Of a stretch of 64,000 nucleotides of DNA, positions 18,800 through 29,116 are shown in pieces. The stretch lies in NCBI GenBank assembly GCA_944383375.1, contig CALWPG010000006.1, positions 14,063-78,062 of the forward strand, in the 5' to 3' direction. Within the stretch, counting starts at the first letter, position 1. Each line of letters begins with the position of its first letter. This DNA comes from an uncultured Clostridia bacterium. GTDB lineage: Bacteria > Bacillota > Clostridia > Christensenellales > UBA1242. The notes under the pieces are model-generated. The model saw only the letters and a program-made list of their open reading frames with translations. It was not told the origin of the DNA and searched no databases. Position numbers and translations under genes: made by a program.

Positions 18800-19516
18800 A
18801 TGATAGAATATAAAGGCAGTTTCGTAAATTACATAGTCAAGGGTGACGGCGAAGAAGTTATGCTATATCTTCATGGCTGGGGTGGGAGTGTGGATAGTTT
18901 TTTACATCTAAACACATCGCTAAATTATAAAAATATCTTTGTAGATTTTCCACCCTTCGGTAAAAGCGAAGAGCCCAAGCAGGCATACACATTATTTGAT
19001 TATGTTGAGATAGTATTAAACATTTTGCAAAAAGAAAAAGTAAAAAAATTAAATATAATTTGTCATTCTTTTGGCGCAAGAGTTGCAATACTTTTAATTT
19101 CATTGTATAATCAAAATGTCGATAAATTAATTATAACATCTGGGGCAGGAATAAAACCAAAAAATAAAGTAAAAAAAATATTCAGAAAAATAAAATATAA
19201 AATAATGAAAAAAATAAATAAAAATTTTGTTCCCGGCTCAAACGATTATAAAAATTTATCACCCGTGATGAAAAAAACATTTTCAAATATAATTAATTTT
19301 GATTTGTCTAATTTGGCAAAAGAAATTAATTGTAAAACACTTTTAATTTATGGAAATAAAGACAAAGAAACGCCGCTTTATATGGCAAAAAAATTAAATA
19401 AATTAATAAAAAATTCAAAATTAATTATTTATAAAAATTGTGGTCATTTTGCATATCTTGAAAATAATATTGAATTTCTTATTGATATCAAAACATTTTT
19501 AAAAGGGGAAACTTAA
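18800..19516 (+). CDS. Alpha/beta-fold hydrolase
   Basis: LHGWGGS oxyanion region, nucleophile elbow CHSFGA, C-terminal GHFAYLE. Confidence 0.7.
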   Translation: MIEYKGSFVNYIVKGDGEEVMLYLHGWGGSVDSFLHLNTSLNYKNIFVDFPPFGKSEEPKQAYTLFDYVEIVLNILQKEKVKKLNIICHSFGARVAILLISLYNQNVDKLIITSGAGIKPKNKVKKIFRKIKYKIMKKINKNFVPGSNDYKNLSPVMKKTFSNIINFDLSNLAKEINCKTLLIYGNKDKETPLYMAKKLNKLIKNSKLIIYKNCGHFAYLENNIEFLIDIKTFLKGET

Positions 19517-21135
19517 TGAATTTTTTAAATGCAACAAATTTACATCTTTACATAGGCATAGTTTTGTCGTGTGTAAATGGTGTGATTATGTGCCTGCTCT
19601 CCAGCAAGTTTTTGCATGTCATTCAACTTTCGGGCTACAAAATTGGTGGGTATAGGGCATACCTTAAAGAAACAAAATCCTCCTATATTGGCAGGCTTGT
19701 TGTCTTGTGCTTTATGTCACTTTTGTGCGTTTTGGTTACAAATTCCCTTTTAGATGGTTATGGTGAATTTTATTCATATATTGGCTTAATCTTTTACTTT
19801 TATTTTAGCATAGTCTTCATAATTAATGTCTACCGTGCTCCACAAAAAACACCACTCAAACAGACCCACAGAATGCAAAGGCTGACTTTTGTTGTGTTTT
19901 TGTTGATGTCCGGCATAACATTTGTTCTCATTATGCTATTTAGCGAATATGTACCTTTTATTCGCTTTGGAGTTGTGGCAATCACACCAATATTTTTGCC
20001 CGTTGTGGTGCCTTTGGCTCACTTTATTTGCATTCCTATGGAGGGTGCTTTTCGTCAAATATACAAATCTCGTGCAAAAAAGAAACTCGCCAACATGCCA
20101 AATTTAATAAAGATAGGAATAACAGGCAGCTATGGTAAAACAACCACAAAGCATATCCTAAATGTCATGCTTAGCACTAAATATAAAGTTTGCATGAGTC
20201 CACATAGCTTTAATACCCCGATGGGTCTTACAAAGGTGATTAATAATTATTTAGATGCAAATGATGAAGTTTTGATTGCTGAAATGGGCGCAAGGCAAAT
20301 GGGAGATATTGCTTATTTATGCAATCTCATACATCCAAAGCATGCAATAATCACCGGTGTTTCCAATCAGCATCTTGCAACGTTTGGAAGTGTGGAAAAT
20401 GTTTATAAAGCCAAACATGAGCTTGTTGATGCAATTGATGATGGATATATATGTTTCAATGCAGAAAATGATGGGTCGCTTAGGATGTACAACGAATGCA
20501 CAAAAAACAAAATTCTGTGTGGATTAAATGGCGATTACTTTTCAAACATTACAAACATTAAAGCCACACCAAAGGGTTCTACTTTTGACCTTACAATTGA
20601 CAATGAAACGATTTCCTGTTCAACAAAACTGCTTGGCATAAGTAACCTTGAGGATATCGCACTTGCTGGCGCACTTGCTTACAAAATGGGTGTAAACCTT
20701 TTGGGCATACAAAATGCCATAGCCAACCTCAAGCCAATTCCACATAGGATTGAACTTATTGAGGAGAACGGCTTAACAATTATTGATGACTCTTTCAATG
20801 CTTCGACACAAAGCAGTAAAAACGCGCTTGACACCCTTGCACTTTTTGAGGGTACAAAAATTGTCGTCACTCCTGGGCTTGTTGAGCTTGGCGATAAGGA
20901 ATATGAGGAAAATGTTGTCTTTGGTGAAAACATCGCCAAGGTTGCAAATAAAGTCATCATCGTCAACAAAGTCAATAAGCAAGCAATAACCACAGGACTT
21001 TTAAAATCAGGCTTTGATGAAAATAACATAATTGAGGTTGAAACTCTCAACGATGCAAAACAAAAACTAGAAGAAATGCTTGAGGGTGGAGAAGTTGTGC
21101 TTTTTGAAAATGATTTGCCTGATAACTATATCTAA
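19516..21135 (+). CDS. murF: MurF-like Mur ligase (UDP-MurNAc-tripeptide--D-Ala-D-Ala ligase family) with a polytopic membrane N-terminal domain
   Basis: GITGSYGKTTTKHIL P-loop at about residue 201, SFNTPMGLT and EMGARQMGDI motifs, and a Mur C-terminal domain (IDDSFNAS). The first ~175 aa form about five hydrophobic helices. The start overlaps the hydrolase stop (TAATG). Confidence 0.7.
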   Translation: MNFLNATNLHLYIGIVLSCVNGVIMCLLSSKFLHVIQLSGYKIGGYRAYLKETKSSYIGRLVVLCFMSLLCVLVTNSLLDGYGEFYSYIGLIFYFYFSIVFIINVYRAPQKTPLKQTHRMQRLTFVVFLLMSGITFVLIMLFSEYVPFIRFGVVAITPIFLPVVVPLAHFICIPMEGAFRQIYKSRAKKKLANMPNLIKIGITGSYGKTTTKHILNVMLSTKYKVCMSPHSFNTPMGLTKVINNYLDANDEVLIAEMGARQMGDIAYLCNLIHPKHAIITGVSNQHLATFGSVENVYKAKHELVDAIDDGYICFNAENDGSLRMYNECTKNKILCGLNGDYFSNITNIKATPKGSTFDLTIDNETISCSTKLLGISNLEDIALAGALAYKMGVNLLGIQNAIANLKPIPHRIELIEENGLTIIDDSFNASTQSSKNALDTLALFEGTKIVVTPGLVELGDKEYEENVVFGENIAKVANKVIIVNKVNKQAITTGLLKSGFDENNIIEVETLNDAKQKLEEMLEGGEVVLFENDLPDNYI

Positions 21136-21158
21136 AAAAATTTAGAAACAAGGGATGA

Positions 21159-22099
21159 ATGGTCGATGTATTTGTGAACGTTGATCTAAGTGTGTACAGG
21201 GCAAGATCAACACATCCTGTTGATTCTTCAACTCATGGACAAAACATTGCCACAATAAAGAATGCTGGAGATAACATTTCAAGCACTGACTATGAACCAC
21301 TTTCATATGAGCAACATGAGTCTACATATGAAAATGGAGTGGTTACCAATCCAGGGGAGCTATATGAATTTTCCTCACCAAGTATAGATTTATTATACGG
21401 TTCACCAACGCAAACAAATCAAGGATATGCTTTTTACATAGTGATAGACATAGAAAACCTAGGCAGTGAAACAATAAACGCACAGGTGACACCGCCAGCA
21501 TCTTTAACGAATACGATTTTGGAAGATTCTGGAAATGTAGAGCCTCTGCTCCAATTGAACTTATTTGTGAAGTTGGCTATTCTCAAAATCCTAGTGATAT
21601 TTTCCGCTATGACTTAAAAGAGGACGACATATATGAAGTTTCAGGACTAAAAGTTTACGATTATGCCAAACAAACAGATGGAACATACGAAATCAGTTCA
21701 GTGTATTCACAAAGTCTTGCTATTCCAAGTGAATATAACGGAAAACAAGTCACATCAATAGCAGATGAGGCATTTATATGTGTAGATAATCATCAGCCAA
21801 ATCCTAGCCAAATAACCATCCCTTCCAGCATTACAAGCATAGGACATTCTGCTTTTAGTTATTGCGATGGTTTGACAAGCATAACAATACCAGCGAGTGT
21901 AACATACATAGGAGATTCGGCATTTATTAATTGTGTGAACCTGCAAAGTGTGGAATTTGAAGACAAAGTACACACATGGAGCGCATCCAGTATGACAACA
22001 TCTAATGTAACTATCCAAACAGCAGATCTTCAATCTCCATCCACCATGGCAACATATCTAACAACTACATACACAAATGAATGGACAAAAAATGTTTAA
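21159..22099 (+). pseudogene. Frameshifted BspA-type leucine-rich-repeat surface-protein gene (or a sequencing error)
   Basis: ORF 21159-21617 and ORF 21701-22099 are in different frames. The second frame is already open from 21470. It reads sensibly from about 21542 (ASAPIELICEVGYSQNPSDIFRYDL..) into LRR_5-like repeats (ITIPSSITSIGHSAFSYCDGLTSITIPASVTYIGDSAFINC). There is no signal peptide. Confidence 0.5.
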
Positions 22100-22190
22100 C
22101 TTGGAATAAATATAGTGCACACCACCGTAAAGAGTTTTCATGGGTGTTTTTTCATAATTTAATTTTTCTTGAAATTCTTTTAAAAAACTG

Positions 22191-22218
22191 TTGACAAGGG
22201 TACTACAAATGGTATACA
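22191..22218 (+). promoter_or_regulatory. Sigma-A promoter of the S10 operon
   Basis: TTGACA (22191-22196), 16-nt spacer, extended -10 TGgTATACA (hexamer 22213-22218). Confidence 0.6.
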
Positions 22219-22224
22219 ATGCAG

Positions 22225-22441
22225 TGTATTGTGGCAAATTTTGGGTTGACGCGTGAAGTTACTTTGTTCCTAGCAAGCGGAAAAAGATAATTTACGCCGA
22301 CAAGTCCTGCCAAGAGCAGGGCGACCAACAAAGCCTTTTATTTTTAAGACCACATGCAAACACACGGGATAGTGTTAAGTTTTCAAAAAGGCATTTACCT
22401 AAAGGTAAGTTTGTTGGCAAGTTTTTGCAGGAGGTTAAAAA
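22225..22441 (+). promoter_or_regulatory. Structured ~215-nt 5' leader of the S10 operon (candidate autoregulatory/attenuator RNA)
   Basis: Locally GC-enriched. Hairpins at 22262-22286 and at 22304-22322 (GUCCUGC/GCAGGGC), the latter followed by the U-tract 22336-22345. A further hairpin at 22395-22408. SD AGGAGG at 22429-22434. Confidence 0.4.
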
Positions 22442-22750
22442 ATGGCAACACAAAAAATTAGAATCAAACTCAAATCTTATGACCATCAACTTTTGGATCA
22501 AGCTTGTCTTAGAATAATCAACACAGCGAACAAAAGTGGTGCCAAGGTGGTGGGTCCAGTTCCACTCCCAACAGATAGGGAAGTTGTAACTGTCATTCGT
22601 TCACCACACAAACACAAAGACAGTCGTGAACAATTTGAGTCAAGGACACACAAAAGAATGATTGATGTGTATCCAACATCACCTAAGCAAACAGACGCTT
22701 TTATGAAGCTTGATTTGCCTGCCGGTGTTGAAATAAAAATCGAACTATAA
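22442..22750 (+). CDS. rpsJ: 30S ribosomal protein S10
   Basis: [19 protein letters not shown].., 102 aa, first gene of the S10 operon. Confidence 0.97.
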   Translation: MATQKIRIKLKSYDHQLLDQACLRIINTANKSGAKVVGPVPLPTDREVVTVIRSPHKHKDSREQFESRTHKRMIDVYPTSPKQTDAFMKLDLPAGVEIKIEL

Positions 22751-22764
22751 GGAAGGAGAAGAAA

Positions 22765-23403
22765 ATGAATAAAGCAATAATAGGCAAGAAACTTGGAATG
22801 ACACAGATCTTCACGCCTGATGGTTTGGTTGTTCCAGTAACTGTAGTTGAAGCTGGTCCTTGCAAAGTTGTTCAAGTCAAAACACAGGGCAAGGAAGGTT
22901 ACAACAGTGTGGTTGTTGCTTTTGATGAAACAAAGGAGTCAAGAGTAAACAAAGCACAAATGGGCACATTCAAAAAAGCAAATGTGCCAGCACACAGAGT
23001 TTTAAGAGAACTTAAACTCGACAATGCACAAAATTATGAAATAGGCTCACAGATACTTTGCGATATCTTCAATGAGAAAGACAAAGTTGATGTAACAGGT
23101 CTCACACGTGGTCGTGGTTTCACTGGTGTAATCCAAAGATGGAATCAACATCGTCTAAAGATGTCACACGGTACTGGTCCTGTACACAGAGAAGTGGGTT
23201 CAATGAGTGCCAACAGTACACCTAGCAGAGTGTTTAAAAACAAACGTATGCCAGGTCACTATGGCCACGAGAGAGTGACAATTCAAAATCTAGAAGTTGT
23301 TAAAGTCGACTCTGCTCGTAACATCTTGCTCATAAAAGGTTGTATCCCAGGCCCAAGAGGCACAGTTGTAACCGTTTGTGAAGCAGTTAAAGGAGTCAAC
23401 TGA
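22765..23403 (+). CDS. rplC: 50S ribosomal protein L3
   Basis: [12 protein letters not shown].. and conserved operon order. Confidence 0.97.
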   Translation: MNKAIIGKKLGMTQIFTPDGLVVPVTVVEAGPCKVVQVKTQGKEGYNSVVVAFDETKESRVNKAQMGTFKKANVPAHRVLRELKLDNAQNYEIGSQILCDIFNEKDKVDVTGLTRGRGFTGVIQRWNQHRLKMSHGTGPVHREVGSMSANSTPSRVFKNKRMPGHYGHERVTIQNLEVVKVDSARNILLIKGCIPGPRGTVVTVCEAVKGVN

Positions 23404-24026
23404 TGAAAGCTAAAGTTTACAATATGCAAAATGCAGAAGTTGGACAGATAACACTCAAAGACGATATCTTTGGTGTTGAGTATAATGAACCACTCATCCA
23501 TGAGGTTGTCGTTGCATACAACGCAAACAATCGTCAGGGAACAAAGAGCACACTCACAAGAAGTGAAGTTCGTGGTCATGCCAAAAAGCCATGGGCACAA
23601 AAGCACACTGGTCACGCAAGACAAGGTTCAACAAAAGGTCCACAATGGACAGGTGGTGGAGTTGTGTTTGCTCCAAAGCCAAGAGACTTTTCAAAAAAGG
23701 TCAACAAATTTGCTAGAAAATATGCACTACTTAGCGCACTTTCACAAAAACTTGCACAAAAAGAAGTTGTCATCTTGGACGAATTCAAGTGCGAGAATGC
23801 AAAGACAAAAGAGGCTCAAGCATTTTTAAATGCATTTGGTGAAAAGTCTACAGCACTTGTTGTGATTGACGGAGTGGACAAACTTGCACAGAGAGCAACT
23901 GCTAACATTGAAAAGTTATCTCTTACAACAATAGATACTCTCAATGTTTACCAAGTGGTTTCAAACAAAAAGGTGTTTATGACGAAGTCAGCCGTTAAAA
24001 AATTAGAGGAGGCTTACGCACAATGA
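23403..24026 (+). CDS. rplD: 50S ribosomal protein L4
   Basis: 207 aa with ..RQGTKSTLTRSEVRGHAKKPWAQKHTGHARQGS..; operon order. Confidence 0.96.
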   Translation: MKAKVYNMQNAEVGQITLKDDIFGVEYNEPLIHEVVVAYNANNRQGTKSTLTRSEVRGHAKKPWAQKHTGHARQGSTKGPQWTGGGVVFAPKPRDFSKKVNKFARKYALLSALSQKLAQKEVVILDEFKCENAKTKEAQAFLNAFGEKSTALVVIDGVDKLAQRATANIEKLSLTTIDTLNVYQVVSNKKVFMTKSAVKKLEEAYAQ

Positions 24027-24325
24027 GAGCACAAGACATAATTATTAAACCAATTCTCACAGAAAAATCTTATTCTGGCATTCAAAACAAAATCTACACT
24101 TTCAAAGTTGCAAACCAAGCCAATAAGATTGAGATAAAAAAAGCTGTTGAAACTTTGTTTGGAGTAAAAGTTGAAAAAGTCAACACCATCAAAGTCAAAG
24201 GCAAAGAAAAATCACAAAATACAAGACAGGGTAGAACAGTTGGTAAGACCAGTGACTACACAAAAGCAGTAGTTACATTAAAACAAGACAGTAAACCAAT
24301 TGCGTTCTTTGAAAGTCTGTCATAA
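24023..24325 (+). CDS. rplW: 50S ribosomal protein L23
   Basis: DIIIKPILTEKS..; operon order. Confidence 0.95.
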   Translation: MRAQDIIIKPILTEKSYSGIQNKIYTFKVANQANKIEIKKAVETLFGVKVEKVNTIKVKGKEKSQNTRQGRTVGKTSDYTKAVVTLKQDSKPIAFFESLS

Positions 24326-24341
24326 AGGAGGATAGTTAGTT

Positions 24342-25169
24342 ATGGCAATTAAAACAAGTAAACCTACATCAGCTGGTCGTAGATTTTACACCTCTGCAAC
24401 TTTTGAAGAAGTAACTAAACACACTCCTGAAAAAAGTTTACTTAGGGTAAAGAAAAAAACAGCGGGCAGAAATGCCAGTGGTAAAATCACCGTTCGTCAC
24501 ATCGGTGGTGGTAATAGACAAAAATACAGAGTCATTGACTTCAAACGTAACAAGGACAACATTCCAGCAAAAGTTGTGGGCATTGAATATGATCCAAATC
24601 GTAGTGCTTACATTGCACTGCTTAGCTATGCAGATGGCGAAAAAAGATATATTTTAGCTCCACTTGGACTTAGCGTTGGTGATGTTCTTCAAAGCGGCGA
24701 AAATGCAGAAATAAAAGTCGGAAATGCGCTTCCATTATCCAATATTCCAGTTGGTAGCACAGTTCACAACGTTGAACTCAATGCTGGAAGAGGTGGACAA
24801 CTTGGAAGAAGTGCCGGTGCAAAAATCAGTCTCATGGCAAAAGAAGGAAAATATGCAACACTTCGTATGCCAAGTGGCGAGATGAGAAAAGTTCTTCTCA
24901 CATGCCGTGCAACTATTGGTACTGTTGGTAATGTTGATCATGAACTTGTATCAATAGGTAAGGCAGGAAGAACCAGACATATGGGCACACGTCCAACTGT
25001 TCGTGGTGTGGTTATGAACCCTAATGATCACCCACACGGTGGTGGTGAGGGTAAGAGCCCTGTAGGACACAAGTCTCCACTCACACCATGGGGTAAACCA
25101 GCACTTGGACTTAAGACCAGAAAGAGAAAAAAAGCATCAAATAAACTCATCGTTAAGAGAGTTAATTAG
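24342..25169 (+). CDS. rplB: 50S ribosomal protein L2
   Basis: [16 protein letters not shown] and [13 protein letters not shown] motifs. Confidence 0.98.
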   Translation: MAIKTSKPTSAGRRFYTSATFEEVTKHTPEKSLLRVKKKTAGRNASGKITVRHIGGGNRQKYRVIDFKRNKDNIPAKVVGIEYDPNRSAYIALLSYADGEKRYILAPLGLSVGDVLQSGENAEIKVGNALPLSNIPVGSTVHNVELNAGRGGQLGRSAGAKISLMAKEGKYATLRMPSGEMRKVLLTCRATIGTVGNVDHELVSIGKAGRTRHMGTRPTVRGVVMNPNDHPHGGGEGKSPVGHKSPLTPWGKPALGLKTRKRKKASNKLIVKRVN

Positions 25170-25178
25170 GAGTAAATT

Positions 25179-25466
25179 ATGAGTAGATCATTAAAGAAAA
25201 AACCATATGTTTGCCCAAGGCTACTTAAAAGAGTTGCTGAGATGGATCCGAAAAACAAAAAGCCTATAAAGACTTGGTCTCGTGCATCTGTAATCTATCC
25301 AGAATTCGTAGGTTACACATTTGCTGTTCACAATGGCAAAAAACACATACCTGTATACTGCACAGCTGAAATGGTTGGTCACAAACTTGGTGAGTTTGCT
25401 CCAACAAGAACTTTCAAGGGCCACGCAGGTAGCAAAAAGTCGACAACAACGGCTCAAAAGGGTTAA
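25179..25466 (+). CDS. rpsS: 30S ribosomal protein S19
   Basis: [11 protein letters not shown].. and [10 protein letters not shown]. Confidence 0.97.
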   Translation: MSRSLKKKPYVCPRLLKRVAEMDPKNKKPIKTWSRASVIYPEFVGYTFAVHNGKKHIPVYCTAEMVGHKLGEFAPTRTFKGHAGSKKSTTTAQKG

Positions 25467-25476
25467 GAGGTGAATT

Positions 25477-25863
25477 ATGGCAACAAGAATTAGAGAAAAA
25501 GCAGAGGCGAGGAGACAGTCAAAAGACAATCGCCCATATGCTAAGGCAAAATATATAAGAATGAGCCCTTCAAAGGTTCGTATTGTACTTGACACAATCC
25601 GTGGCAAAAAAGCAGAAGAAGCAATGGCTATACTTGAAAACTCAACCACATCTGCGGCTGCAGTTTGTTTAAAAGTGCTCAAATCGGCTATCGCTAACGG
25701 CGAGTATAAAGGTTCAAACAGGCAGGATATGTTTGTTGCAGAGTGCTATGCAGGTCCTGGACCAACACTCAAGAGACTTGATATTCGTGCGAGAGGCAGA
25801 GCAAATAGATTATTAAAGAGAACATGTCACATTACCATCATACTTGGTAATGAACAAAATTAA
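25477..25863 (+). CDS. rplV: 50S ribosomal protein L22
   Basis: YIRMSPSKVRIVLDTIRGK..; operon order. Confidence 0.96.
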   Translation: MATRIREKAEARRQSKDNRPYAKAKYIRMSPSKVRIVLDTIRGKKAEEAMAILENSTTSAAAVCLKVLKSAIANGEYKGSNRQDMFVAECYAGPGPTLKRLDIRARGRANRLLKRTCHITIILGNEQN

Positions 25864-25880
25864 GGAAAGGAGGCAAAATT

Positions 25881-26552
25881 ATGGGTCAAAAAGTTAATCC
25901 GATCGGATTCAGAGTGGGAGTAAACAAATCTTGGGATTCATCTTGGTATGCAAACAAGAAAGATTTTGCCAAATTCCTTTTGGAAGACAACAAAATCAGA
26001 AAGTTTTTTGAAAAAACATATGCAAATGCAAGCATATCTAAAGTTGAAATCGAAAGAACAAAAGAAAAGTTGGTGCTAAATATTTACACTGGTCGTCCAG
26101 CAGTCCTTATTGGACAAAAGGGCTCAAATATAGAAGTTATTAAAAAACAAATTTCTAAATTAATAGCTCCAACAAAAAATTTAATTATAAACATAAAAGA
26201 AGTCAAAAAACCAGATCTTGACGCCCATTTGGTGGCTGAAAGCATAGTTTCACAACTTGAAAAACGTGTGGCCTACAAGCGTGCACTAAAGCAAGCACTT
26301 CAAAGAGTTATGAAGGCAGGTGCTAAAGGTTGTAAGGTTAGAGTAAGTGGTGTTGTCAATGGTGCAAACACCATTGGAACAAGTGAAACTTACATGGAAG
26401 GAAGCCTTCCACTTCAAACACTTAGAGCCGATATTGACTATGCTGTTACTGCAGCATACACAAACTATGGCAAACTTGGTGTCAAAGTCTGGATATACAA
26501 AGGTGATATCCTAGAAAAGAAGGAAACACCTGCAAAAGGAGGACAGGACTAA
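25881..26552 (+). CDS. rpsC: 30S ribosomal protein S3
   Basis: [20 protein letters not shown].. Confidence 0.97.
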   Translation: MGQKVNPIGFRVGVNKSWDSSWYANKKDFAKFLLEDNKIRKFFEKTYANASISKVEIERTKEKLVLNIYTGRPAVLIGQKGSNIEVIKKQISKLIAPTKNLIINIKEVKKPDLDAHLVAESIVSQLEKRVAYKRALKQALQRVMKAGAKGCKVRVSGVVNGANTIGTSETYMEGSLPLQTLRADIDYAVTAAYTNYGKLGVKVWIYKGDILEKKETPAKGGQD

Positions 26553-26983
26553 TGTTGATGCCAAAACGTGTAAAAAGAAGAAGAGTTCACCGTGGCAGAA
26601 TGACAGGTGTTGCAACAAGAGGTAACACCTTGGCATACGGACAATATGGTCTTGTAGCCTTGGAGCCATGTTGGATAAAATCCAATCAAATTGAAGCCGC
26701 ACGTATTGCTATGACAAGATATATCAAACGTGGTGGTCAAGTTTGGATAAAAATTTTCCCAGACAAACCTGTAACAAAAAAACCAGCTGAAACCCGTATG
26801 GGTAGCGGTAAAGGTTCACCTGAATTTTGGGTTGCAGTGGTAAAACCAGGCAGAGTGCTTTTTGAAATGGGTGGAGTTCAAGAAAATGTAGCTCGTGAAG
26901 CACTTAGACTTGCTGGTCACAAACTTCCATGCAAAGTAAAATTCATAAAGAGAGAACAAGGTGGTGATAGCAATGAAAATTAA
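26552..26983 (+). CDS. rplP: 50S ribosomal protein L16
   Basis: [19 protein letters not shown].. Confidence 0.97.
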   Translation: MLMPKRVKRRRVHRGRMTGVATRGNTLAYGQYGLVALEPCWIKSNQIEAARIAMTRYIKRGGQVWIKIFPDKPVTKKPAETRMGSGKGSPEFWVAVVKPGRVLFEMGGVQENVAREALRLAGHKLPCKVKFIKREQGGDSNEN

Positions 26984-27161
26984 TGAACTTAGAAGCTTAA
27001 CAGTTGAAGAATTAAACCAAAAACTTGTTGATTTAAAACAAGAGTTGTTCAATCTTCGTTTTTCACAGGCAACAGGAAATTTGCCTAACCCAATGCAAAT
27101 TCATAATGTAAAAAAAGACATAGCAAGGGTGAATACATTATTAAAAGAGAAAAAGGTATAG
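26973..27161 (+). CDS. rpmC: 50S ribosomal protein L29
   Basis: [33 protein letters not shown] 26973 is preceded by AAGGTGG (the track ORF starts at 26961). Confidence 0.95.
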   Translation: MKINELRSLTVEELNQKLVDLKQELFNLRFSQATGNLPNPMQIHNVKKDIARVNTLLKEKKV

Positions 27162-27169
27162 GTGGAAGT

Positions 27170-27436
27170 ATGGAAAAAATAGAAAGAAATAGTCGCCTTA
27201 CAAAACAAGGAACAGTCGTTAGTGCAGGCAAGATGGACAAAACTGTTGTCGTTGCCGTTGTTTCTAACACAAAACACCCACTTTACAAAAAAGTCGTTAA
27301 AAAAACAACAAAATTTAAGGCTCATGATGAAAACAATGAGTGTGGAATTGGTGACACCGTTGAAATAATGGAAACCAGACACATCTCAAAGGACAAATAC
27401 TACAGAGTCGTAAGAATTGTTGAAAAGGCAAGATAG
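27170..27436 (+). CDS. rpsQ: 30S ribosomal protein S17
   Basis: ..[17 protein letters not shown]....HPLYKK..; operon order. Confidence 0.96.
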   Translation: MEKIERNSRLTKQGTVVSAGKMDKTVVVAVVSNTKHPLYKKVVKKTTKFKAHDENNECGIGDTVEIMETRHISKDKYYRVVRIVEKAR

Positions 27437-27445
27437 GAGGTTAAT

Positions 27446-27814
27446 ATGGTTCAACCACAAACAAGACTTAAAGTCGCTGACAACACAGGTGCAAGACAAA
27501 TCATGTGTATCCGTGTGCTTGGTGGCTCATACAGAAGGAGTGGAAATATTGGAGATGTCATCGTTGCATCTGTCAAAAGTGCCACACCAGGTGGAGCAGT
27601 TAAAAAAGGTGATGTAGTCAAAGCTGTTATCGTTAGAACAAGCAAGGGACTTCGTCGTCCAGATGGTTCACATATCAAATTTGACGACAATGCTGCTGTT
27701 ATCATTGACAACCAAAAACAACCAAAAGGTACACGTATCTTTGGACCTATCGCAAGAGAACTAAGAGATAAGGGATATATGAAGATTATATCACTTGCTC
27801 CAGAGGTTATTTAA
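27446..27814 (+). CDS. rplN: 50S ribosomal protein L14
   Basis: [17 protein letters not shown].. Confidence 0.98.
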   Translation: MVQPQTRLKVADNTGARQIMCIRVLGGSYRRSGNIGDVIVASVKSATPGGAVKKGDVVKAVIVRTSKGLRRPDGSHIKFDDNAAVIIDNQKQPKGTRIFGPIARELRDKGYMKIISLAPEVI

Positions 27815-27825
27815 AAGGAGAAATC

Positions 27826-28365
27826 ATGGCAAAATTATTTGTAAAACAAGGTGACACCGTTGTTGTGATTGCCGGAAAAGAAAAAGGCAAGACTGCAAAA
27901 GTTTTGGAAGTTTCTCCAAAGGATAATAAAGTGCTTTTGGATGGTGTAAACGTTGTAACAAAACACCAAAAACCAAGGTCACAACAAGACAAGGGTGGAT
28001 TAATTAAAAAGAATGCATTTATGGATGCTTCAAATGTTATGGTCATCTGTCCATCTTGTGGAAAAGCCACAAGAGTTGGTCACAAACTTGTTGATGGAAA
28101 AAATGTCAGAGTGTGCAAGCACGAAGGATGTGGACTTTCACTTGATAAAGATGCCCATAAAATAGTCAAAAAACAGGCAAAAGCCGATAAAAAAGCTGAA
28201 AATGTAGAACAAGAAGCAAAAACAACTAAGAAAACCACAGCGAAGAAAACTACAACAAATAAAACCACAACCAAGAAAACATCTTCGGCAAAAGAAACAA
28301 AAGCAAAGACAACAAAAGAAGTCAAAGTGCCAAAGAAGAGTGCAAAGAAAAGTGAGGAGGAATAA
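27826..28365 (+). CDS. rplX: 50S ribosomal protein L24 with Cys4-type insert and a ~70-aa Lys/Thr-rich C-terminal tail
   Basis: KOW N-terminus [21 protein letters not shown]...CKHEGC cysteines. The tail is [51 protein letters not shown]... 179 aa against roughly 100-105 aa in B. subtilis or E. coli. Confidence 0.93.
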   Translation: MAKLFVKQGDTVVVIAGKEKGKTAKVLEVSPKDNKVLLDGVNVVTKHQKPRSQQDKGGLIKKNAFMDASNVMVICPSCGKATRVGHKLVDGKNVRVCKHEGCGLSLDKDAHKIVKKQAKADKKAENVEQEAKTTKKTTAKKTTTNKTTTKKTSSAKETKAKTTKEVKVPKKSAKKSEEE

Positions 28366-28910
28366 TGAAAAGCAGATTAGCAAGTTTATATAAACAAGAA
28401 GTAGTACCAGCGCTTATATCTGAGTTTGGTTACAAAAATGTAAACGAAGTTCCTTCCATTTCAAAAATTGTGCTCAATATGGGGCTTGGTGCTGTAAAGG
28501 ATAATTCAAAGAGTTTCAACATAGCTGTTGATGAACTCACAGCAATAGCAGGACAAAAAGCTGTTGCAACTCGTGCCAAAAAAGCTATTTCCAACTTTAA
28601 AATCCACCAAGGAGTCAAAGTAGGAGCAAAAGTTACCCTTAGAGGCGACAGGATGTATGAGTTTTTGGATAGACTCATCTCAATCGCACTTCCAAGAGTT
28701 AGAGACTTCAAGGGTGTAAGCGATACAGCATTTGATGGCAGAGGCAATTATTCTCTTGGAATTAAAGAACAACTTATTTTCCCAGAGATTGAATATGACA
28801 AAATAGACAAAATTCGTGGTCTAGATGTGATGATAATCACAAGTGCAAAGTCGGACAAAGAGGCAAAATCATTGCTCGAAAAGCTTGGAATGCCTTTTAG
28901 GACAAGATAG
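28365..28910 (+). CDS. rplE: 50S ribosomal protein L5
   Basis: ..LNMGLGAV...[20 protein letters not shown].. Confidence 0.97.
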   Translation: MKSRLASLYKQEVVPALISEFGYKNVNEVPSISKIVLNMGLGAVKDNSKSFNIAVDELTAIAGQKAVATRAKKAISNFKIHQGVKVGAKVTLRGDRMYEFLDRLISIALPRVRDFKGVSDTAFDGRGNYSLGIKEQLIFPEIEYDKIDKIRGLDVMIITSAKSDKEAKSLLEKLGMPFRTR

Positions 28911-28918
28911 GAGGAATT

Positions 28919-29104
28919 ATGGCAAAGAAAGCGCTTATTGAAAAACAGCAGAGAAAGCAAAAGTATTCTACTCGTGAATACACTCGTTGCTCCATATGTG
29001 GTCGTCCACATGCTGTCCTAAAAAAATATGGCATTTGCAGAATATGTTTTAGAGAACTTGCATCAAAAGGTGAAATTCCTGGTGTCAAGAAATCTAGTTG
29101 GTAA
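28919..29104 (+). CDS. rpsZ: 30S ribosomal protein S14, type Z (zinc-binding, 61 aa)
   Basis: CSICGRPH...CRICFRE motif. 61 aa. Confidence 0.96.
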   Translation: MAKKALIEKQQRKQKYSTREYTRCSICGRPHAVLKKYGICRICFRELASKGEIPGVKKSSW

Positions 29105-29116
29105 GAGGAGGAAATT

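Noticed and set aside
21470-21617. Programmed ribosomal frameshift joining the two LRR ORFs.
   Set aside because: There is no slippery heptamer, homopolymer or downstream structure at the frame junction near 21540. A pseudogene or sequencing error is more parsimonious.
22111-22152. Possible terminator after the LRR pseudogene (ACACC...GGTGT followed by TTTTTT).
   Set aside because: The stem is only 5 bp with a ~19-nt loop, which is too weak to call.
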